Part shown: piece after piece, positions 27,234-38,546 of the stretch | Numbering within the stretch: position 1 is the stretch's first letter | Layout of the letters: each line of letters begins with the position of its first letter | From: the human T2T-CHM13v2.0 reference genome, Homo sapiens | Assembly: GCF_009914755.1 (NCBI RefSeq) | Contig: NC_060936.1 | DNA length: 64,000 bases | Strand: one strand, 5' to 3' | Notes under the pieces: generated by a model | The model's input: the letters and a program-made list of their open reading frames with translations, nothing else | The model's database searches: none | Told to the model about the DNA's origin: nothing | Position numbers and translations under genes: made by a program

Positions 27234-28687
27234 TAGAGAAAGAAAGAGAGAGAGAGGAGCCAGAGACAGAAACCATGCACTGTCAAAAATAAAAAATTAA
27301 AGCTAAAGTTTAAAAAATAGTACATAAAATTGTCAGGGGGCAGCCTTCAGCAACAATTCCACTTTTGTGACACAGGTTCCAGGGAGCTACATGTCCCCTG
27401 AAATGAAGTGTCCTTATTACCAAATATGAGAAGGCCAAGGGGCAGTGTGCACAGATCCTCTGAAGCACAGGACTGCAGAGCTGAACCAACCCGCAGCTTC
27501 TCAGCCCTTATCAGACCGGCTCAGGGACTGGTCTGAGAGCACAGGGGCTTGACTCCCCAACCGCCCTTCAGCTTGGGACAGAACCCAGGCCATTTTCTGC
27601 CAATTCTTCCTCAGCTCATGCAGGCGTACAGGAGAGAACAAAGGTCCCAGGTATCCTAATTCAGCCCTTAATAGCCAGAGTCCATGAAATGCCCATATAA
27701 TAAGGATGCTTAGGGCCCTTAACCACCAGGCCATAAACAGATTTCAGAAACATAACCAGGCTCACATCTCACCTCAGCTTCTCTTTTACTACAAGAATCT
27801 CTGGCAAAATAAGGCTCTTTCTGTGCCTCAGTGTTTCCCTTTGCCAACGAGAAACCCTAAGAAGAGGCTGCGATAATTATTTTGATTCTTTATGTTTTTG
27901 ACCCTCAAGTGGTTATTCGGTCATTTAGTGCCTCAAAAGAGGGCACGAGGGAACTTCATCTACTCAAAGAACTGATAAACCACCCGAAGCCTGCGTGGAA
28001 AGCCTGGACCATGTCTCCCTGGGCCCAGAGTAAGAGGCAAGAGGGACCCTCATCCCCTGCTCAATGGGACTCCCTTCTCCACCCACGCGCATGCTCCAAC
28101 AATGTCCCAGCTTCCTGTTGCTGTTGTCACAGCCTCCGCAAAGGCCCAACAATTATGCATAATTTATTCCACGTGTTTGTTTATTGTGCCTGCCAGAGGC
28201 GTCTGTCGTAAATGTTTCAGTGCTTTAACTTTAGATGAGTTTTCTTTTGAAATAATTGTCCCCAGGGTGATGAACTGAGCAGTAAATTAACACCCCTCTA
28301 TCCACGGCCTCCTCTAGGCTCCTGTCCCCTTCTAGCTGCAGTGCTCAACATAAAACATTCATTAAATGAGCACTGCAGGTGGCTTAGGTAGGGATGGGGG
28401 CCCCGGGGCCTGCGCACTGGCTAAATCAATATGTAGGTGACAAGTTCCATGAAGAATCTCCCAGGACTAGTTAAATAGGATTGTTTTAAAGTCCTTTCAG
28501 TGATATGTTTCATAGAAGTATGAAACCTACATTTGCCATTAGCCCCCCATCTCTACTTGTTCATGTTCTTTGCATCTTGACACAAAAATATATCTTTGCT
28601 CCTCTTTGAAGCTTTCTGTTATCTGAGCCCATCTGTGTCACTCCAATGACACCATCACTCAGACATGGTCCCTCTCCTTGTCTCCCT

Positions 28688-28689
<2 letters not shown>

Positions 28690-28721
<32 letters not shown>

Positions 28722-28835
28722 AACACAATCTCACACCACTGGCACACTCACCCATCCACACACATACATACTAACACAATCTCACACATGCTCATGCCAC
28801 TGACTCACTCTCACACACCCGCTCAAACACTCTCA
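28690..28835. repeat. (CA)14 plus degenerate CA-rich tract (UG-rich in ANO2 pre-mRNA)
   Basis: Direct reading. Confidence 0.9.
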
Positions 28836-28999
28836 ACAGTTCAGGGATGGTCTGAAAAACTGACCATTGGTGTATTTATTCATTATGTCAGGGGTGAGCA
28901 TTCCTGTGCTTCTTGTCAAATTTTTATTTCTCTTCCCCGATAGCCTCTCCAACCTCCAACCAAGGACCCCACTTGTAAATGATTTGTGGCTAGTGGGTT

Positions 29000-29485
29000 C
29001 TAAAGTTACATAGACTTATTGCCTGGACTTTCGTGCCAGCGCTTTGCCGGTTGCTTTCAGATAGATTCTGCTGTTCCTTTCCTCTGCTCTGTGCTGACCC
29101 CAAAAACTATATTTCCTTGAATAACTCATCAACTGACTTTTGGTTAGGTCTGGCCAATGGGAAGTAATGATGGGAGCCTGGGGGGCAGAAAAGGGAAATC
29201 CAGGGTATTTCTCCTTTACTTCTTCTATCTGCTTCAGATGGCATCTCCTCTGGGATTCCAGCTCCCACTGGGTGGTCCTGGCTCCTGGGCTCTGGTAAGG
29301 CCAGCTCTGCTCCTGTCCTTGCAGCCCTAAGGTGGTGCCCACTTCCTGCCATGCTAATCTCTCTACTGCCTCACTGTCCTGCTTGCCTCAACATCCCTTC
29401 TTCTAACACCTTTAGAATTAGCTCTTCGTATTGTCTCTGCTGACCCACGTAGAATGAGTTTTGTCTTCTTACTGTACTCTAATAG
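29000..29485 (+). mobile_element. ERVL LTR33-family-like fragment
   Basis: ggttaggtctggccaatgggaagtaatgatgggag...gccctaaggtggtgcccacttcctgcc. Confidence 0.45.
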
Positions 29486-30084
29486 AAAGTTTATTGGAAG
29501 CAAAGGAGGCATGAGCTGAGAAAGTGCTGAGTGAATGGTTACAGGGATGAGAGGCAAAGAACAGCACTGCTCCTCAACCTGCCAGCTCCAGCACCTTGCC
29601 ATCTGCACTCAACTTAGAGCTTTACCATCTTGTAGGAACAGAGAGAATTGGTGACCTGCAGGGAAACTTAAGAAAACCTCCAAACGTGTCCGGGATACAG
29701 CAGTCTAGAAAAGATTCAAACTGATTTAGGAAAAAAAAAAAAAATCCACGCTATTCTTTTATTAAAAGTTCCGGACTCAGTATTCTTTCTTGAAAACACA
29801 ATCTATACCTATATTTATATTCCTGAATTTTCCCTACTGTCTGTTGAACTCTAGCAGTAAACTGAGCTAATTCTCCCCACTGTTGTCCTCAGTGGAAATA
29901 GAACATCACCCCACTAAAATTTACACAAAACCACTAATGTGGGGTAGCGAATTTGTCTCTCACCCATCTTTCCAGTGAATACCACAGTCCTTTCTGCCTT
30001 TAGTTTAGGAAAGAAGAATCAAACATGACTTTTTAGGAGTGTTTGAGGATCTATTGAAGGAAAACTTTCAGCAGACACAGGAGC

Positions 30085-30305
30085 AAGAGGTTAAAAGCAT
30101 TGCTTTTGAGTCAGACTGCCTGGCTTCGACTCTGGCTCTGCCATGTATTATCATTGATCAACTTATGTTCCCCTATAGACCTCAGTCTTCTCATCTGTGA
30201 GTTGGGGATCATAATGGAAATAATAAAGGAAATAATACCTGTAAAGCTTTGCACATTACATACAATAAGCACTCCATAAATGTTACTTATAATTTTATCA
30301 TTATT
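30085..30305 (+). mobile_element. MIR
   Basis: ggttaaaagcattgcttttgagtcagactgcctggcttcgactctggctctgcca...cctcagtcttctcatctgtga. Confidence 0.8.
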
Positions 30306-30658
30306 AACATCCTCCTATGCCCACATCCTTGAAAATCAATAAGAGAAGGTATAAGAGCTAAGTTACTACCATATAAATAAATAAGAGACAGTCCAATCCC
30401 CCAAACCAATGGGTTGATGACCAACATCATCTCTGCACATCAGCAAAGACTGACTCTCAGAACTGGAGAGGCTGTGTAATCTAATCTACCTGCATGACAG
30501 CTGAGGTGGAAGAGACCCAGAAGGCTCAGCTGCCTGGTAATGGTACCATAACTCCTACCCCGGGGTCCTTATATATGGTTATCACCTCATTACAGTACAG
30601 AGCATTTCATTACAGATCAGTGTCATGTACATCAGATGTGAATTGTTTTCAGGGAAGC

Positions 30659-31070
30659 TGATACAGTTTGGATATTTGTTCCCACCCAAATCTCATGTTG
30701 AATTGTAATCCTCGGTGCTGGAGGTGGAGACTGGCGGGAGGTGTTTGGATCATGGGGGTGGATCCCTCATGGCTTGGTGCTGTCTTTGCAAAAGTGAGTG
30801 AGTTCCTGTGAGATCTGGTCATTTAAAAGTGTGTGGCACCACCTCCCCTATAACTCACTCCTTTTTCTCTCTCCTGCTTTCAGTATGTGACGTGCCTGCT
30901 CCCCCTTCGCCTTCCACAATGATTATAAACTTCCTGAGGCCTCCTTAGAAGTCAAGAAGATACCAGCACCATGCCTTTTCTAAACCCTACAGAACCATGA
31001 GCCAATTAAACCTCTCTTTTTTAATAAATTACTCAGTCTCGGGTATTTATAGCAATGCAAGAATGGCCTT
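30659..31070 (+). mobile_element. MaLR solo LTR (MSTA-like)
   Basis: tgatacagtttggatatttgttcccacccaaatctcatgttgaattg...gagccaattaaacctc. Confidence 0.85.
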
Positions 31071-31167
31071 AGAGGGAAACCTTATAGAGAGAGTTTTAAA
31101 CAAACCAAAAAAAAAAAAAAAGCAATGGCCTACAGCTAACATGAGACTTACAGTGACTTAATGGTGA

Positions 31168-31700
<533 letters not shown>

Positions 31701-32820
31701 TCACCACTTCTATTCAGCATTGTACAGGAGATTCCAATCAGGGCAATTAGGAAATGGGTGGAGCAAGCAGGGATAAAATATATCCAGATTGGAAAAAAGA
31801 AGTAAAACTATCACTATTCACAGATAACATGATCTCACAAATAGAAAATCCTAAGGAATCCATTAAAAATTATTAGAACTAATAAATGAGTTCAGAAAAG
31901 TTATGGGATACCAGATCAATATAGAAAAATCAATTATATTTCTATATACTGGCAGTGAACAGTCCAAAAATAAAATCAAGAAAACTATATTTTCAATAGC
32001 ATCAAAAAAATAAAATAATTATCAATAAATTTAACAAAATATGTACAAGACTTGTACACTGAAAACTATAAAACATTGTTGAAAAAATAAAAGGTCTACG
32101 TAAATAGAAAGATATACCACATTCATAGAAGACTTACTATTGCTAAGATGGCAATTCTTCCAAAATTAGTCTATAGATTCAACTCAATCCCTAGCAAAAT
32201 CCCAGCTTGCTTTCTTATAGACATTGACAAGTTAGTCATGAAGTTCATATGGAAATGCAAAACACCCAGAATGGTCAAAACAATTTTGAAAAAAAAGTAC
32301 AAAGTCAGAGGACTCATACCCCCAATTTCAAAACTTACTATATAGGCACAGCAGTCAAGATAGGGTGGTACTACATAAGAACAGACATATAGATCAATGG
32401 AATCTAATTGATGTCCAGAAATAAACTCTTACATTTATGGTCAATTGACTTTTGATAAGGGTGTCAAGATAATTCAGTGAGGAAACAGTCTGTTCAACAA
32501 ATGTTGCTGGGACAACTGAATATCTACATGCAGAAAAATACATTTGAATACCCTCCTTAAATCATACACAAAAATTAACTCAAAATGGATCATAGGGCTA
32601 ACTGCAAGTGTTAAAACTATAAAATTCTTAGAAGAAAAATTAGAAATATCTTAATGACATTGGATTAGGCAATGGTTTCTTAGATATAACACAAAAGCAT
32701 AAGTAACAAAATTAGATAAATTGAACTATTTCAAAATTCAAAATTTCAATAAAGTGAAAAGACAATCTACAGAATTAAAGAAACTATTTCTACATCATAT
32801 TATTTGATAAGACTGGTAAT

Positions 32821-32896
32821 CCAAATATATAAAGAATTTCTTATATCCCAAATATATAAAGAACTTCATATATTCCAAATATAAAAACAACTCTTA
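32821..32896. repeat. 27-bp tandem repeat, ~2.8 diverged copies, inside L1
   Basis: ccaaatatataaagaatttcttatatc / ccaaatatataaagaacttcatatatt / ccaaatataaaaacaactctta. Confidence 0.8.
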
Positions 32897-33697
32897 CAAC
32901 CTGATAACCAAAAGCCAATTAACCCAATATTTTTAAGAGGCAAAGGATTTGAATAGATATTTTTCCAAAGAAGACATGCAAATGACCATTAATGACCACT
33001 AATGAAGTTCACATCATTAATCATTAGGGAAATGCAAGTTAAAACTACAATGAAATATCACTTCACACCACTGGGATGGATAAAATGTAAAAAACAGATA
33101 CTAAGTGTTGGTGAGGATGTGGAGATGCTGGAAACCTCCTAAATAGCTGGTTGGAATGTAAAACAATATAGCCACTTTGGAAAAATAGCATGGCAGTTCT
33201 TTAAAATGTTAAACATAGAGTTACCATATGACCCAGCAATTCTACTCCTACATATATACCCAAGAAAAATGAAAGCATACGGCAAAAAAAAAAAAACTTG
33301 TACCCAAAGGTCCATTGCAGCATTATTCCTAATAGCCCAAAAGTAGAGACCACCCAAATGTCCATCAACTGCATCGATAAATAAAATGAAGCAGATCCAC
33401 AATATAGAATATTATTTGGCAATATAAAAGAACGAAGTACTGATATATGCTACAATATGAATGAATCCTAAAAAAATGTTGCGAAGTGAAAGAAGCTAAG
33501 GACCGCATATTCTATAATACCATTTACATGAAAGTCCAGAATAGGCAAATCTATAGAGACAGAAAGTAGATTAGTTGTTACCCACGGCTTGGCAACTATT
33601 GGGTACAGGGTTTCTTTTTCGGATAATAAAAATGTTTTAAATATAAATTGTGTAGATAATTGCACACATCTGTGAATAAGCTAAAAATTATTCATAT

Positions 33698-33808
33698 ATA
33701 TGCATATTGAATTGTGCATATATAAAAATATGCATATTGAATTGTGCATATATAAAAATATGCATATTGAATTGTGCATATATAAAAATATGCATATTGA
33801 ATTGTGCA
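33698..33808. repeat. 30-bp minisatellite, 3.7 identical copies
   Basis: Unit atatgcatattgaattgtgcatatataaaa repeated without mismatch. Confidence 0.97.
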
Positions 33809-35544
33809 CTTTAAATGGGTGAATTTTAGTGTATAAAATTAAATCTCAATAAACATGTTTAAAAAGTAAACGGACTTGGTATCTTTAAAATTAAAAAGGA
33901 AAAAGAAAAGCAAACAGGCCTTGGGGATCAGGCAGAGCTGGGTTTGATTACCAGCTTCCCCACAACCAGCTACGTGGTCTTAAGCAAATTCGCGCACCAC
34001 TCTGGGCCTCAGTAAATGGTAGCTTTTTACCATTCAACAGGAAGGAAAGTAAGGAGAGGTGAGGATATGCAGCATCAGGATTACAGTGAAGGCAGAACCA
34101 AGGTGATCTTCTGGGGTGAGACAAGCACATCCAAGACCACCAGCTAGAATTTGATTCTTTAGTCCCTGTCTATTCCTCAGAAGCAGGTGCCTTTCCTAAA
34201 CATTCCACATGCAATGATGCCCCTGCAGCAATGCTATGCGGTGGGTATTGACTACAACTCTTCCTGCAGACAAGAGCAGCATCCACCTTTATCTCCCACC
34301 TATGGCTGGATTTGGCAAGAACAGAAGCATTAACAATGTTAAAGAAACTGAGGAAACACAAGAAGGATCCTGACAATCAAATTCTAGACCATTTTTATCT
34401 TACACTACTCATTTGAGAAGGTCATTTCCCCCCAGTGCCCATAAGGCATTAGATGCTTTGAGCTTTGCATTCTCAACAGTGTAATGAAAATAGATGTTGA
34501 ATGCTAAAACATAAACATATGTATCATTCATAATGCATTCAGATGTTTTTTAATTATTCATGGTTCCTGAAAGTTATTTGACCAATCATGCATATATACC
34601 CAAGCAATGTTTATATTAGAACCACAGCCTCAGTGTACACAATTCCGGTTCCTTGGCATTCCCGTCTATGGAATTAAAATTCAATGAGTCAGTGGTCAAT
34701 AAAAGTTACATGTGATTTCCATAAAATTATCCATTGTATATTGCTATGGGGTGGAGAAAGAAGTTTGCACGGCGTTGCCGAAGCTGACAGAACACAGAAT
34801 GCTTGCTTTCTGATGAGGGTGGCGGTGATGATTAGTCTTTCCTAAGAATGAATTCATTATTTCCCTGAATAATTGGTGGTCTTGGACTTGGTCTTCGTCT
34901 AGGAAAAAAAATAACTCAGAGGGCCACCCTCTCTGTTCTGTTTAAGTTCTGTTTTCTTAAAAAAAAAAAAATGCCAGCATTTTGGGCTCGAAAACACCAC
35001 ATTCTTCTGTTTTGATGCTTGCATAAATTTGCATGTTAACATGAATGGTTCCAACTTAAAGAATGTGAAATGAAATGAAATTTGAATTCAAATCCAAGAT
35101 GGAGAAAAGACACATCTAAAAGCAACAGATTTTCAATCTAGTGGAATTTTTTTTCAAGAACCAGATTAAGAAAGACATAAACTCTCCTCTCTCTCTCTCT
35201 CTCCCCACCCCTCCTCGCTTTCAAAGACGGGTGGCACACAGAGACAGGTATCCCAAAGAGCATCCCCATGTCCCCCCAACATACATACTCTGAGTTTTTT
35301 TACGAACCACAGCACAAATTCTGAAGCTCTGTTTTAATGACTGCATGCCACCATGAAACTGAGAGACATGACTCAGAGGACATGGTCACCATCATGTTTC
35401 CACGTTTGGAGGTCCACCAAGATAAAATGAAATGTAAGGAACATTGCACAAGTAGCTTGAGCAAATACAGGCATGTATTTGCCACTGCAGGCCCTAAGAG
35501 CCATTTCTTGTTCTATCCTTTGATTTTCCCATTGCAGTTGAAGG

Positions 35545-35780
35545 CTGTATGGCATAGCGGTTAGAGGCACAGACTAATAGACCTGCAGTGGAATCCCAGA
35601 TCCACCTACCATTTACTGGCTGTGTGACCTCTGGCAAATGACTTAATCTGTGGACATAACTTTTTTCATGAGCCTTCATTTACAGAGCAATAGTACCAGC
35701 CTCACAGACTTATTGTGAGATAATGTAATACACTTAGAACAGTGTCTAACATAGAGCAAGCGTTCGATAAGGATTAGCCG
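35545..35780 (+). mobile_element. MIR
   Basis: gtatggcatagcggttagaggcacagact...ttactggctgtgtgacctctggcaaatgacttaatc...cacttagaacagtgtct. Confidence 0.8.
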
Positions 35781-36115
35781 TGGTGGTGGTTGGTCTGGTG
35801 GGGTATTGAATGTTATTATTATTCAATATTTAGATGATGGTAGGAATCAGGCCTGAAACTGTTTCTCCTCTAACCTGCCCTCCCATTTTGACCAGATAGC
35901 ACCGCTATCTGGAAAGAGAGGTCAAGTCATAGAGAAAGCCCATTGCCCATGATCTCTGGCTGCAGGACAATGCGAGATGTCATGCTCTCATCTCATCCTG
36001 CCCCACATCAACCCCTTCTCAAGCCCAGTCTCCCTTCACTAAGGCGTGCCAAACAAAATGACAACAGGATCTCAACAAGTAAAGAGGACCGTGAGCAGCA
36101 AGTCCAGCTTCATAC

Positions 36116-36226
36116 CTCATCGCCACACTCCGTCGTGTTTGTTTCCAATTTCTGGACAGCAGACTGGTTGCTCTCCTTTAGCATTTTCTCTCGAACTTTG
36201 GTTTCATACTCAGGCCTGGAATGTTC
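36116..36226 (-). CDS. ANO2: ANO2 coding exon (111 nt, phase 0-0): [37 protein letters not shown]
   Basis: Manual translation; acceptor ggtttAG (36227-36228), donor GTatga (36114-36115), perfect TACTAAC branch point at 36249-36255. Confidence 0.95.
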
Positions 36227-36461
36227 CTAAACCAAAGAGCAGTGAGTGGTTAGTAAACAAAAGGAAGAATGACCTTGGCCTTAGGGTTATAACCAGACAC
36301 ATGTACATTAACGTCAGCGTTTAGGATTGGATGCTATTGGATATGAACTGCCCCACCACACACAATCACAAGGCATCTAGACATCACATCCTAACATAAG
36401 AACACAACGTGAGGAAGAGACAAGGGACACACAACACTCGTTATCACACTGAAAACCAAAC

Positions 36462-36473
36462 CTGGGCACGTTC
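36462..36473 (-). CDS. ANO2: ANO2 12-nt microexon encoding ERAQ (counterpart of the TMEM16A EAVK segment c)
   Basis: Minus strand reads tccccAG|GAA CGT GCC CAG|GTttgg, with an upstream pyrimidine tract tttcctctctttttctc; supplies the ERAQ between ...GIEEEE and EHSRPE... in the recalled ANO2 protein. Confidence 0.9.
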
Positions 36474-37666
36474 CTGGGGATAGCGCCGGTGTTGAGAAAA
36501 AGAGAGGAAATGTTAACTGGATGGCTGATACGAAGAGGGGCCCAGTGCTTTGCAGAGCAGTTTCACCAGAGGCAGAGGGATATCCCTGGTCATCCCACCA
36601 ACTATCGTCAGACCTCAAACTTTAACTTTCAACAAGCCAACTCCCAGCTGGAGAAACAGATGTGCCCCACAGCTGGGAGTGAGGGCAACAACAAAACTCC
36701 TTCCCTGCTCCATTATTCTCTGAGCTAAAATGGCGACCAATAAACATCAAAGTCAAGGGTGGCCATAGGGAATCTTAAAACTCACTTGCCTGGACCTGTT
36801 TCCTGTGCAGCCTCGGTGAGTAACTCATTGGCAAGTAACAGCAATGCTCAAGAGACCTCACTGGGCCATTCAGCAACACAAACCTGAGTTGTGAGTCACC
36901 AGGCATGGGAAAGAGCACCTAACTAATCCAGAGGACCATGGTCAAATCAGTGCAGATGCCGGGGTAGGAAAATGCATAACTCACTTCAAAGAAAATTTAA
37001 CTGTGTACACCTGGCCTCATTGGCAGGTCTTCCTTACGGTTTCCAGCTCAAGAACAAACATCTACAGGTGTGAGGACTTCATGTTCCTGCATCGTTTATC
37101 GATAACTCCTGGGCAGGGATTCAGGTACTGGCTCACAATGGGCTCTGCCATTCAGGGAACACACATGTCCTTATCCCTGTCCATATGTCAGAGATTCCAA
37201 AGGTCAACGGGCCAGGCTTTTGACCTGTCTCTGGCTTTCCCAAGACACGCCATGATGCAGGAGAGGACAGACCATGTAAGTGACTAACAAGCATAACTAA
37301 AACAACTGCAGGCGGTGCCACTCTATCCTCACCCATTCTCCGAGGGGACGTCAGTCCCACCCCTTCCAGGAGGACTTCTCCAACTGTTGCAACATACCTA
37401 CCAGGTGGGGTCTCCTCCCTCTCTGAATTCCGAAACTTTTATAGCTTATACCACACACTGTAGATCTTCATTACATATTTTTCTTTTATTTTTTCCTCGC
37501 TGTTTTGCATGTGAGAGTCTTCTTATCCTAACATAAAGATCAGCTACCTGCTCTGTATTATTCTATGTTTTGCACAGTACTTGGCACCATGCAGAACACA
37601 CAGAAATCTCTGAACGCTTGTAAAGTGCACTTGATTTTGTCTCTCACCTTCATCCGTTCTCCAACA

Positions 37667-37905
37667 CAGCATTTCCTAATGTGTGTGCCAAGAGAATTTC
37701 AGCTAAAAAAGGATTCCAAGGTCTAAAAGACTGGAAAACACTAGAACGTATCGACTTTCTGAGAGTCACAGTGAGCACATTCAAAACTCTGAAAAGTACT
37801 ACTGTCAAGAAGCTTGCTTAATTTTCCTAAGCACATCATTTCCCGCAGAGCAACTTTTGCCTGTAACAATTAATAACCTGCAGGAATACTTAGAGAAGTA
37901 TGGTT
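37667..37905. mobile_element. hAT-Charlie MITE-like relic (MER103-like)
   Basis: cagcatttcctaatgtgtgtgcc...aaaaaaggattccaaggtc...ctttctgagagtcacagtgagcacatt; recalled similarity only. Confidence 0.45.
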
Positions 37906-38168
37906 TGAGGTTCTCCCCCATGGCCTCTGAAATTTGGTTGCTTTTCTTCTACATTATTCCAATGGGAGATTTTAATTAAAAACTTAGCAGTATCTTTCAG
38001 TGAGTTCCAGAACATGGGTTCTACATCTCTTCAAGCCAGAGGAGCCTCTCCCCTTCCAGACCCTGCACAGGGGCTAAGGGAGGCACCCCCAGCTGACCGA
38101 CAGGATGTTTCTGATTATCTCTGGCTTTCCAGGACATGATGTGGCAGCACACAGAGGAGTTTGCTTGA

Positions 38169-38546
<378 letters not shown>

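Noticed and set aside
33698-33808. 30-bp palindromic repeats as a CRISPR-like array
   Set aside because: Head-to-tail copies with no unique spacers, no cas genes, and a eukaryotic intron context.
36478-36487. GGATAGCGCC resembling the right half of a REST/RE1 site at the microexon acceptor
   Set aside because: No matching TCAGCACC left half at canonical spacing.
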